From: Horticoccus luteus | GTDB lineage: Bacteria; Verrucomicrobiota; Verrucomicrobiia; Opitutales; Opitutaceae | DNA: 32,000 bases | Assembly (NCBI RefSeq): GCF_019464535.1 | Contig: NZ_CP080507.1 | Coordinates: 1,620,001-1,652,000, forward strand | Reading direction: 5' to 3' | Part shown: piece after piece, positions 1 through 8,312 of the stretch | Layout of the letters: the number at the start of each line of letters is the position of its first letter | Position numbering within the stretch: the stretch's first letter is position 1 | The notes under the pieces: generated by a model | Seen by the model: the letters and a program-made list of their open reading frames with translations, nothing else | Database searches by the model: none | What the model was told of the DNA's origin: nothing | Made by a program: the position numbers and the translations under genes

Positions 1-1395
1 GGAGAGTTGGTGGCGGCGAATGGCCAGCCGTGGACGCTGCATTGGCAGCAGGATCTGGGCGGACGCATCCGGCAGGCGTTGCAAAAACGCGGATACGCGG
101 ACGTGCGCGTGACGTTTGAGCAAATGGTCGGCGCAGAGGACGAGGGAAAGAAGGCGGTCGAATTGACGGCGCGCGTCGCTCCGGGCCCCGCGGTGAAAGT
201 GGGCCACGTGCGGTTTGAAGGCGTGAAACACACGCGGGAGCAGGTGTTGCGGGAACGCGTGCGGGCGAAGCCGGGCGATCCGCTCAACCCGGCGACGCTG
301 GAGCACGCGCGCTACCGCTTGGGGCGCCTGGGCGTATTTGATGACGTGGATCTGCGTTACGATCCAGCGACCGGCGACGTGCGCGATCCGGTCTTCACGG
401 TGCACGAGCGGCGCCTGTGGGATTTGAGTCTCCTCGCGGGCTATGGCAGTTACGAGCAACTGCGGGGAGGAATCGAGTTGCGGCAGTTCAATATTTTCGG
501 GCGCGCCCACCAGAGCCGGCTGCTGCTCGTGCAATCGATGAAGAGTTCGCGGGGCGAATACAGCTACACGGTGCCGGAGTTGTTCGGCGAACGGTTGGAT
601 GGCACCGCGCGGCTGTTCGGTCTGCAGCGGCAGGAAGTCGCCTTTCAGCGCCAGGAGTATGGCGGAAATTTCTCGGTGAGCGACCGGGTGCAGTGGCTCG
701 GCGCGGTCGCCAGTGCAGGCTATACGTTTCAGGCGTTGCGGAACCGGGACAATCAACTGGGCACGGCGCCGGTCGACAACAAGCAGGTGGTCGTGGCGAG
801 TGTGGACCTGAATCTGACGCGAGACCGGCGCGACAATCCGCTGCGTCCGCGGCGCGGGTATCGGTGGTATGCGCAGGTCGAGGCGGCGAGCAAAGGACTC
901 GGCGGCGAAGTCGATTACCAGCGCGTGGAATTCAGCGCGTCGTATCACACGCCGTGGGGCGACGGTCGCTGGCTGCACTTCGGGTTCAGCCACGGCGTGG
1001 TGTTCACGCTCGGCTCGAATGACGACACGGCGCTGCCGGTGAACAAGCGTTTTTATCCCGGCGGTGATAACAGCATCCGTGGTTATCAGGAAGGCGAGGC
1101 GGCGCCGCGCGGAGCGGACGGGCGGTTTGTCGGAGCGAAATCCTACATGCTGGCGAATGCGGAATTTGAACAGGCGTTGACGGGCAACTGGTCGGGCGTG
1201 CTGTTCGTCGATGGACTGGGGACGGCCACGCGCCTGCAGGATTATCCGTTCAACCAGCAGCTCTATTCCGTGGGCCTCGGCGTGCGTTACAACAGCCTCA
1301 TTGGGCCGGTGCGCGCGGAGTATGGCTACAATTTGAAACAGCGCCCCGGCGATCCGTCGGGCACGTTCCTGATCTCCATCGGCTTTCCGTTTTGA
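1..1395 (+). CDS. Omp85-family outer-membrane protein (BamA/TamA-like), 5'-truncated by the window edge
   Basis: The frame is open from base 1; the TTG at 7 in the ORF track is probably not the true start. A POTRA-like segment (VRFEGVKHTREQVLRERVRAKPGDPLNPATLEHARYRLGRLGVFDDVDLRYDP) is followed by a beta-barrel region with alternating hydrophobics (RFYPGGDNSIRGYQEG, SVGLGVRYNSLIGPVRAEYGYN). The C-terminus ends in the aromatic signature ISIGFPF, typical of outer-membrane beta-barrels. Confidence 0.8.
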   Translation, partial: GELVAANGQPWTLHWQQDLGGRIRQALQKRGYADVRVTFEQMVGAEDEGKKAVELTARVAPGPAVKVGHVRFEGVKHTREQVLRERVRAKPGDPLNPATLEHARYRLGRLGVFDDVDLRYDPATGDVRDPVFTVHERRLWDLSLLAGYGSYEQLRGGIELRQFNIFGRAHQSRLLLVQSMKSSRGEYSYTVPELFGERLDGTARLFGLQRQEVAFQRQEYGGNFSVSDRVQWLGAVASAGYTFQALRNRDNQLGTAPVDNKQVVVASVDLNLTRDRRDNPLRPRRGYRWYAQVEAASKGLGGEVDYQRVEFSASYHTPWGDGRWLHFGFSHGVVFTLGSNDDTALPVNKRFYPGGDNSIRGYQEGEAAPRGADGRFVGAKSYMLANAEFEQALTGNWSGVLFVDGLGTATRLQDYPFNQQLYSVGLGVRYNSLIGPVRAEYGYNLKQRPGDPSGTFLISIGFPF

Positions 1396-1440
1396 ATCGC
1401 GCGAGAATTTGTTCGCCGCGGCGAGTGGGCGCGCCTACTC

Positions 1441-1896
1441 GTGCGGCCTATGATCATCGCCGATCTCGAAAAACTTCCCGGAGGTAAATTTCCTGCGCGC
1501 CGTTGGGGCCGCGGTCTGGTTGGGCAAGGCCCGCAGCCGATTCAAGCCAAGGGGTTCTCGATGGGGTATTCCATTCTGGAGCCGCATGGCGGCCAAGTGC
1601 CGTGGCACAATCAGGAGCAGGAGGAGGTTTATTTCATCGTGCAAGGGAAGGGTGAAATCTGCGTCGGCACGGAGCGCAGCGAGATCAAGGCGGGCCAATG
1701 CGTGTTCATGCCGCCGAAGCAGTTTCACCAGCTCACGAACACGGGCGACGAGCCAATGCATATGATCTATGTATATTGCCCCGGCGGCGATGTGGCGCAC
1801 TGGCGGCAGGAGCTCGCCGGAACGTTGCCGCGCGCGGGAGAAGGCGACATCCCGCCGTTGCCGACGGGCGCGCAGCCGCAGTGCACGAAGGTGTAA
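1441..1896 (+). CDS. Cupin-domain protein (about 150 aa)
   Basis: Both cupin motifs are readable: PHGGQVPWHNQEQEEVYFIVQGKG (motif 1, with H-x-Q instead of H-x-H) and GQCVFMPPKQFHQLTN (motif 2, G-x5-P-x4-H-x3-N). The start could be the GTG at 1441 or the ATG at 1450. A strong terminator lies directly downstream. Confidence 0.75.
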   Translation: MRPMIIADLEKLPGGKFPARRWGRGLVGQGPQPIQAKGFSMGYSILEPHGGQVPWHNQEQEEVYFIVQGKGEICVGTERSEIKAGQCVFMPPKQFHQLTNTGDEPMHMIYVYCPGGDVAHWRQELAGTLPRAGEGDIPPLPTGAQPQCTKV

Positions 1897-1923
1897 GCGG
1901 CGGACGAGAAACGTTGAGCGATC

Positions 1924-1948
1924 AGCCCGGGTGCGCCCGGGCTTTTTT
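1924..1948 (+). terminator. Rho-independent terminator after the cupin gene
   Basis: A perfect 8-bp GC-rich stem AGCCCGGG (1924-1931) / CCCGGGCT (1936-1943) with loop TGCG, followed by a run of six T (1943-1948). Confidence 0.75.
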
Positions 1949-1954
1949 GCAGCG

Positions 1955-4411
1955 TTAGCCGCCAATCGAGATTCGGCGCGGGCGGCCGCGGCCGAGCACG
2001 AAGGTGGCGATGGCTCCCGCGGCGATGCGGCCGAGCGTGTGCTTGCGACCGGCGAGCGTAAATGAAGCGGTGGTCGCCCGCGCGCGCGTGTTGTGCACGC
2101 GGAGTTCGAAGGTGTTTTTCAGTGCGCCAGGTTTCAACGCCAGCAGACGCAGGCCGTGCGCGGGCGATAGCGCCGCGAGCGAACCGCTGGCGGGAAGTTC
2201 ACCTTCAGTGTTTTCGCGCAGGAGCGTGACGATCGGGGATTGCGTCAGACGATCCGCTTCGGCCGGCGCATTGGCTTCGAGGGGAAGAATGGCGAAGCGG
2301 GCACGCAGTTCGCCGCGGTCCACCGCGGGGCGCCACCATTGCGGATCCTGATCGTGGGGATCGGAACAGGCGTAACGTGTGGCGCGCACGAGCGTGAGGC
2401 GGAGGCTGCCGTTCTCGAGATCGCAGGCAGAGAGTGTTTCGCTGACGAGGGTGAATCCGTGGTTGCCGTCCCTCGCGCGCGCCCAGCGCAGAAGCGGAAG
2501 TTCACCGCATTCGGAACGGGTCGCCTCGCCGCCGGGCGCTTCGCTTGTGAGGGTGGTGGCGCCGGGCAAGACCAGTTTCACGCGGGCCGCCTCGAGGTCA
2601 CTGAACGTGCGGGCGTCGACGAGCAGTGCCGCGCGGTTGCTCTCCAACCGCAGAGCGAGGTCGAGGTGCGCGCCTTCGGTTTCGAACCGCACCATGAGGC
2701 ACGCGCGCAACGGTCCCTTTTCGATGACTTCTGCGCGCGTGATTTTCCATGTGCCGCGTTCGAGCGTGAGGCGAATGGAGGCGGCCTCTTCGGCCATGCC
2801 GCCCCAGGAGCCCCACCGGTCGAGAACGGTCACCGGATGCAATCCTCGTGTGCCAAACAAAGGCCGGCCCTCGTGTTCGACCTCGACGCCGGCGGCGCCG
2901 AGGGTGGCGCGCAGGCGAAAAGCGTGGTTCGCGATTTCGCGTTCGCCGGTCGTGACATCCGTGGCCGGGCTGAGCGGTTTGGCGCCGGGCACGTAGCCGA
3001 TCGTCACGACGTTCCAACCGGCGGCGGGCAGGCGCAAGGGCACGACGAAGCGTTTGCGCCACGGGAGGCCGTGGAAGACATCGTGTTCGGTGGCGATTTC
3101 CTGCGCGGCTACGCGGCGGCCGTTTACGCGGACTTCGCACGGCACGGGATCGGCTTTGTTCAAAAACGAAAACAACGGCCGGTAATCAAGGGAGGCTTCG
3201 ACTTCCACCTGGGTCGCGAGAGGATGCGGCAGGGGATTCCAGATGAGATGCGGCACGGCCTGCGGGCAGTCGAAGTCGACGGCGGGGAGGCGGACGCGAA
3301 TGCGGCGGCCGAGGTCGTTCAGCGCCTGCCACGCAGCGGTCCGCGCGGCGTGGCGAACGCCGCCGACTTCGTCGAGCTGCTCATCAAAGGCGCGCTCGAT
3401 GCTGCTGCCGGGAAGGATGTCGTGAAACGAGTTGAAGAGCACCGATTCCCACGCGCTCGCGAGCGCCGGCGCCGCGGAACCGCCGGCGGCGGCCACGGCG
3501 GCGGTGGTGATCTCCGTCCGTATCAGCTCCTGCTCGGCGAGACGATACGCGCGTTTGAAGCGGCCCACGGAAGCGAAGCAGCCGCGCTGCACGAAATTGA
3601 GTTCGCCATGAACCTGGTCGATCGCGGCGCCGGTGGCGTTCACCTCGCCCGCGAGGGCGGCGAAAAAGCGGTGCAGGGTGGAGAAGCGGACCTCGACTTC
3701 CGGATGGCGTTGCGACCACGCGTGGACGTCTTCGACGTGGCGCCGGCTGGGGCCGCCGCCGTGGTTGCCGAGACCGAGAAATGCGGCGACGTGCGTGAGC
3801 GGACCGTCTTTCGCGGCCGCGAGCAACTCATCGAGGCGCGTGCCACCGGCCTCGCGTTCGCAGCCATACCAGCCGGCGGGGGCGCGGTAGGCGAGGACGC
3901 GGCCGCCACCGCTGCCGTGCCACCAGAACGCGGGCGTTTTCGTGGGGCGCTGCTCGGGAAAGGGCCGGAAAAAAGCGAAATACTTCATGCCGGCAGCGGC
4001 GAGAATGTCGGGCAGGCCGGCGGAGTGACCGAACGAGTCGGCTTGCCAGGCGGCGGTTGGTTCAACGCCGAGGTGTTGGCGGAAATAGCGGCGGCCGACG
4101 TCGTAGTGCCGGCAGAGAATTTCGGTGTCGGGGAGATTGGTGTCGGGCTGAATCCACGTCGCGCCGACGGGATCCCAACGGCCGGCGCGGATCATGCGTA
4201 GAATGCGTGCGAAGGTGGGCGGATCGTTGCGGCGGATGTGTTCATAGATCGCGGCTTCGCCGCGCAGGAACGTGAGGTCGGGAAACTCATCCATCAGGTT
4301 GAGGACGGTGCGACAGGTGTTGATCCCTTCGTTGAAACCTTCGCGTTGGTCCCAAAGCCAGACCGGGTCGAGATGGGCGTTGGGGAGGACGTGGAATACG
4401 AGGCGAGTCAT
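1955..4411 (-). CDS. Glycoside hydrolase family 38 alpha-mannosidase (cytosolic Ams1/MAN2C1-like type), 818 aa
   Basis: ATG at 4411, TAA at 1955-1957. GH38 signature blocks are present: NAHLDPVWLW (metal-binding H-x-D block), WQADSFGHSAGLPDIL (the D-S-F-G nucleophile block) and GLGNHGGGPS (the GGGGP-like block). There is no N-terminal signal peptide. Confidence 0.85.
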   Translation of the reverse strand: MTRLVFHVLPNAHLDPVWLWDQREGFNEGINTCRTVLNLMDEFPDLTFLRGEAAIYEHIRRNDPPTFARILRMIRAGRWDPVGATWIQPDTNLPDTEILCRHYDVGRRYFRQHLGVEPTAAWQADSFGHSAGLPDILAAAGMKYFAFFRPFPEQRPTKTPAFWWHGSGGGRVLAYRAPAGWYGCEREAGGTRLDELLAAAKDGPLTHVAAFLGLGNHGGGPSRRHVEDVHAWSQRHPEVEVRFSTLHRFFAALAGEVNATGAAIDQVHGELNFVQRGCFASVGRFKRAYRLAEQELIRTEITTAAVAAAGGSAAPALASAWESVLFNSFHDILPGSSIERAFDEQLDEVGGVRHAARTAAWQALNDLGRRIRVRLPAVDFDCPQAVPHLIWNPLPHPLATQVEVEASLDYRPLFSFLNKADPVPCEVRVNGRRVAAQEIATEHDVFHGLPWRKRFVVPLRLPAAGWNVVTIGYVPGAKPLSPATDVTTGEREIANHAFRLRATLGAAGVEVEHEGRPLFGTRGLHPVTVLDRWGSWGGMAEEAASIRLTLERGTWKITRAEVIEKGPLRACLMVRFETEGAHLDLALRLESNRAALLVDARTFSDLEAARVKLVLPGATTLTSEAPGGEATRSECGELPLLRWARARDGNHGFTLVSETLSACDLENGSLRLTLVRATRYACSDPHDQDPQWWRPAVDRGELRARFAILPLEANAPAEADRLTQSPIVTLLRENTEGELPASGSLAALSPAHGLRLLALKPGALKNTFELRVHNTRARATTASFTLAGRKHTLGRIAAGAIATFVLGRGRPRRISIGG

Positions 4412-4619
4412 GGAGCGGACGAGGGTTGAAAAAGTGGGGCGGGGAAACAGCGGACGCTCGCCGATGAATCAGCCCGGCCGGCGTCGTGGTGCAAGCGCGC
4501 GGCGGCTGATTAATCGCCAACGGCGTGGACCCATGCGGGGAGGTTGCGCTGGACGGGAAGCGAGGGTGGCGTTAGCCGATAACGTGAGCGGGCCGGATCG
4601 AATCACCGGCGTCGACGTC

Positions 4620-5636
4620 ATGAAAAAAATCACCTCACCTGTTCGCGTGGCGCTCATCGGCTGCGGGGCCTACGGCGCCGAGCACGCCCGGTTTCTTTCG
4701 ACGACGAGCGGGGTGCGGCTGCGCGCGGTGGCGGATATCGCGATGGCGCGGGCCGAGGCGTTTCGGACAAGGTTCGGGGCGGAGTATGCGACGAGCGATG
4801 TCGCGCGGATCTGGGCGGACGCCGCGATCGATGCGGTGTGGATCTGCACGCAGCACGACACGCACGCGCCGCTCGCGGAAGCGGCGGCGGCGGCGGGCAA
4901 GGCGTTTTTTCTCGAGAAGCCGCTGGCGATCACCTTGGCGGATTGCGACCGCATCGTCGCGGCGGTGGAGCGTGCGGGCGTGACGGCCATGGCGGGTTTC
5001 AAGCTGCGTTTTTTTCCGGGGGTGCAGGAGGCGCGGGCGTTTTTGACGAAACCGTTGCTCACGGTGGCGCAGGTGATCGACGACCGTTGGCCGACGGAGA
5101 TGTGGGCCAACGATCCAGTGAAGGGCGGCGGCAACGTATTGTCCCAAGGCTGTCACATGATCGACACGGTGCTCCATCTGCATCCGACGGCGCCGGTGCG
5201 GGTGTATGCGGCGGGTGGAAATCTCCACCATCCGCAGAATGCGATCATGGACGTGGCCTCGATCACGATCACGTTCGCGGACGGAGCGGTGGCGACGGTG
5301 GCGGTGGGCGATGTCGGCGTGCCGCCGCACGCGTCGAAGTTTGCGCTGCAGCAGTCGGACGGCAGCCGGAGCCTGAGCCTCTACAACCGGCTCAACGCAT
5401 TGATGACGCGTGCGGACAAACAGGTGACGGAGCACCCGCCGTATCCGGAGGAGGGCGCGGCGGTGATCGACACGGCGTTTCTCGAGGCACTCGTCAGCGG
5501 TGCGCCTTCGCCGTGCACCGTGCAGTCAGCGCGGCGCACGACGGCGGTGGTGTTGGCGGCGATAGAGTCGATCGAGAGGGGCCGCGCGATCGATTTGACG
5601 CAGAGTCCGTATGCGGCGGCGATCGCCGGTGCTTAG
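4620..5636 (+). CDS. Gfo/Idh/MocA-family NAD(P)-dependent oxidoreductase (338 aa)
   Basis: The ATG at 4620 gives MKKITSPVRVALIGCGAYGAEHARF (Rossmann G-x-G-x-x-G) and the family EKP motif (FFLEKPLA). The longer track ORF starting at 4272 has a low-complexity Arg-rich extension that I take to be non-coding. Confidence 0.85.
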   Translation: MKKITSPVRVALIGCGAYGAEHARFLSTTSGVRLRAVADIAMARAEAFRTRFGAEYATSDVARIWADAAIDAVWICTQHDTHAPLAEAAAAAGKAFFLEKPLAITLADCDRIVAAVERAGVTAMAGFKLRFFPGVQEARAFLTKPLLTVAQVIDDRWPTEMWANDPVKGGGNVLSQGCHMIDTVLHLHPTAPVRVYAAGGNLHHPQNAIMDVASITITFADGAVATVAVGDVGVPPHASKFALQQSDGSRSLSLYNRLNALMTRADKQVTEHPPYPEEGAAVIDTAFLEALVSGAPSPCTVQSARRTTAVVLAAIESIERGRAIDLTQSPYAAAIAGA

Positions 5637-5711
5637 CCACACGGCGGCGGGCAGAACTCACCCGCAAGCCCGACGCTGACGCCGCACGACGGCGCTCGCG
5701 TTACAGCGCAC

Positions 5712-6668
5712 TCAGCAAATCCGGCGCTTCGGTTGGAGGTAACCTTGGTCCCACGGACTGACGTTGAGCGGGAGTTTGCGCCAGTAGTATTTCAAGTCGT
5801 CGTGCTTCCAGCCGGCGTAGATTTCGTCCCACGTGAGCGAGCAATGCGGGTTGAGGGAACTGTTGTCCACGGGTTCGCTGGCGGCTTGATAGCGCACATC
5901 GAGGGAGAGGCGGATGCGGTCCTTGAACTGGCAGCGCAGCGCCTTGTGAATGGTGTGACAGGGAAACGTGAGCACGTCGCCGACTTCGTAGTCGCCCTCC
6001 ACCCAATGCGTTTCATGCGGACAAAGCGGCACCGCGAACCCGCCGGCGCCTTTTGCGGGTTGCACAGGTTGGTAGCCGCCGCGGTGCGAGCCGTGCAGCA
6101 CGGTGAGCCCGCCGAGCGGGCGGGGGCAGTCGCCGACGGGAAACCAGCACGTCCAAGTGTTGGCGCTGCCTTGGATGTAAGGAAAGTCCTGGTGCGGAGG
6201 CGTGGGCACCATGCAGGTGTGCGGCGTGATCATCCGTGCGATGTGGCGCGGATGCACGAGCACCTCGCCGTCAAAGAGCGCGCGATAAATTTCCAACAGG
6301 CGCGGGTGGTGCGGCAGGCGGTGAAAACGTTCGAGCTTCTGCACGTCGTGATAGGCGTCGGCGGTGACTCCGACATCGGTGCGGTGCATGGCTTCTTCGG
6401 TCACGCGGTTGATCGCGTCGTAATCGACGAGTCCGCCGAGGGCGTCCTGGCCTGGCTGGCGCCAGCCGTGGCGCTCGACGACGGCGAGTAACTCGGCGCG
6501 CAACGCGAGCACTTCGTCGGCGGGCAGGCGTTGCTTGAAAAACAGATATCCGTCCTCGCGGGCGCGCGCACGCAGCGCCGCGGGGTCGCCAAGGAGCGGC
6601 GTGGAGTCCACGAACAGACTTTTGCGGATGGCGGTGGGAGGGGGCGGGGTGGCCGTTTCGAGGGACAT
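5712..6668 (-). CDS. Phytanoyl-CoA dioxygenase (PhyH) family Fe(II)/2-oxoglutarate-dependent dioxygenase (318 aa)
   Basis: The ATG at 6668 gives MSLETATPPP. The H-x-D iron-binding motif is in PPHQDFPYIQGS, with a distal His in FPCHTIHKAL and Arg in RIRLSLDVRY. The track ORF extension up to 7409 is antisense to the binding-protein gene and is rejected. Confidence 0.8.
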   Translation of the reverse strand: MSLETATPPPPTAIRKSLFVDSTPLLGDPAALRARAREDGYLFFKQRLPADEVLALRAELLAVVERHGWRQPGQDALGGLVDYDAINRVTEEAMHRTDVGVTADAYHDVQKLERFHRLPHHPRLLEIYRALFDGEVLVHPRHIARMITPHTCMVPTPPHQDFPYIQGSANTWTCWFPVGDCPRPLGGLTVLHGSHRGGYQPVQPAKGAGGFAVPLCPHETHWVEGDYEVGDVLTFPCHTIHKALRCQFKDRIRLSLDVRYQAASEPVDNSSLNPHCSLTWDEIYAGWKHDDLKYYWRKLPLNVSPWDQGYLQPKRRIC

Positions 6669-6839
6669 GACAGCGCGGGCAACGTGGGCGGTGACGCGGC
6701 GTTTGTCGACTGCGCGTCGCACGCGGCGGTGAAGCGTCTGCGGAAAGTTTTGTGAGCCACCGTGTTTGAGGTGGCGCCGCGGGAGGGTTGTGCAACGCTG
6801 CGGAGCGTCTCCCGGCGCCGGTCGCGTTTCGTCAACCCC

Positions 6840-8312
6840 ATGCAACGCACTTTTCTCGTCTGCCTGCTCACTTTGAGCGCGGCCAGTGCAGCGCTTTACT
6901 GGACGCTGCCGGAGCAACGCGCGGGGCGGCCGCTCCTCTACTGGGTGACGCAGGACGATCCGGTGAAGCGCGAAACGATCGAGTTGTTTTACCAGTGGCG
7001 GGCACAGCGCGGACTGCCGCCGGTGGAGGTGCGCATCGACAGCGCGAATGTCGATCCGACGAAGAAACTCGTGCAGGGTGTGTCCGGAGTCGGCGGCGAC
7101 TTGATCGATGTTTACGAACTGCAACTTGAGATGCTGCAAGCAACGGGGATGCTGGCCGACCTGACGGACGTGGCGCAGCGGATGGGCTTCGGGCCCGACC
7201 GGACTTATGCGATGGCCCGCGACGACGTGATGGTGCAGGGGCGGCAATACGGGTTTCCGCGCAACGTCGAGGTGACGCTCTGCTGGATCAACCGCGACAC
7301 CTTCGCGCGCTACGGCGTGCCGGAGCCGCCCACGCGCTGGACGTGGGACGAGTTCGAGGCCCTGGGCAAACGCTTCGTCGCCGCGGCGAATCCGCCGGGA
7401 ACGAAACATCGGGTGTTTTTCCTCAGCCGCATCTGGCGCGACACGCTGCGGCGGAGTTGCGGAGCCGCGACGTTCAATGAAACGCAGACGCGATGTGTGC
7501 TGGATACGCCGGCGAGCATCGAGATGCTGCGGCGGCTTTACAGGTGGACGATCGAAGAGCGGCTGATGCCCACGCAGGAGGAGGACCGGGCATTTGCGGC
7601 GGACGCGAGCGGGTGGGACGCGGCGTTCGCGCTATTCGCGGCGGGCCGCTACGCGATGCTCTACGAAGGCCGGTGGGCGTTGATCCGGCTGCGACCGCGC
7701 GGCGATTTGAATCTGCGCGTCGTCGAGCCGTTCAACAACGGCTTTCCGGTCACGCAGGGCGGAGCGGGCCTGGTGTCGATTTTTGCGGGCACGAAGCATC
7801 CGCAGGAGGCGGCGGAGTTTTTGCAGTTTCTGACGAGCAAGGACTTCAACCTGCTCGTGGCGCGCAGCGGAGATTCGCTGCCGCCGGTGCCGGCGTATGC
7901 GCAGACGGAAGCGTTTCTCCATCCGGCCGGACATCCGAACGAGTGGGGGGTGCACGCGGAATTTGCGAAGGCGGGCCACACGATCGCAATCACGGCGAGC
8001 AAGAGTCCGTTCGTGCTGCCGATGATGGTGGACCGGATCGACACCGAGGTGGTGGACGCGATGCTCGCGCAACGGCTTTCGCCCGAAGCGGCGGCGCGCG
8101 AGTTGACGGATCGTTTGAACGGCGAGATGGCCCTCAACGTGAAACAGGATCCGGCGCTGCGGAAATTGTATGACGAGCGGATGGCATTGCAGCACGCGAT
8201 CGACGGGCGGCGCGCGGCGGGGCAACGCGTGCCGGCGGCGTGGATCGCGGATCCGTATCAGCGCGCGCTCTACCGGGCGCACGGGTGGCTGGAAGAGGGG
8301 GCGGCGAAATGA
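6840..8312 (+). CDS. ABC transporter extracellular solute-binding protein (family 1, carbohydrate type), 490 aa
   Basis: The ATG at 6840 gives MQRTFLVCLLTLSAASAALYW, a signal or anchor helix. Length and composition fit sugar-binding proteins. The stop codon overlaps the start of the downstream permease (ATGA at 8309-8312). Confidence 0.8.
   Translation: MQRTFLVCLLTLSAASAALYWTLPEQRAGRPLLYWVTQDDPVKRETIELFYQWRAQRGLPPVEVRIDSANVDPTKKLVQGVSGVGGDLIDVYELQLEMLQATGMLADLTDVAQRMGFGPDRTYAMARDDVMVQGRQYGFPRNVEVTLCWINRDTFARYGVPEPPTRWTWDEFEALGKRFVAAANPPGTKHRVFFLSRIWRDTLRRSCGAATFNETQTRCVLDTPASIEMLRRLYRWTIEERLMPTQEEDRAFAADASGWDAAFALFAAGRYAMLYEGRWALIRLRPRGDLNLRVVEPFNNGFPVTQGGAGLVSIFAGTKHPQEAAEFLQFLTSKDFNLLVARSGDSLPPVPAYAQTEAFLHPAGHPNEWGVHAEFAKAGHTIAITASKSPFVLPMMVDRIDTEVVDAMLAQRLSPEAAARELTDRLNGEMALNVKQDPALRKLYDERMALQHAIDGRRAAGQRVPAAWIADPYQRALYRAHGWLEEGAAK

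Noticed and set aside
2240-4201. A long antisense ORF (653 aa) opposite the GH38 gene. Similar long shadow ORFs occur elsewhere: 24271-26520 (749 aa, opposite the giant gene), 14138-15985 (615 aa), 10352-11494 and 11819-13042 (opposite the permeases), 18932-20455 and 19573-21060 (around padR and the TPR gene), and 27903-29111 (402 aa, opposite the oxidoreductase).
   Set aside because: Their translations are low-complexity and dominated by R/G/A/E/P runs, with no recognisable motifs. In each case the opposite strand encodes a protein with clear family signatures. Long stop-free antisense frames are expected in GC-rich DNA.
4272-4619. N-terminal extensions of track ORFs beyond my chosen starts: 4272 for the oxidoreductase, 7409 for the PhyH gene, 6762 for the binding protein, 8240 for the permease, 13270 for permease copy 3, 23269 for the C-N hydrolase, 27864 for AraC.
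   Set aside because: The extensions are Arg/Pro-rich, often start at non-ATG codons, and overlap neighbouring genes or promoters. They precede internal ATGs that yield family-typical N-termini (Rossmann G-x-G, signal helix, AAVQ and so on).
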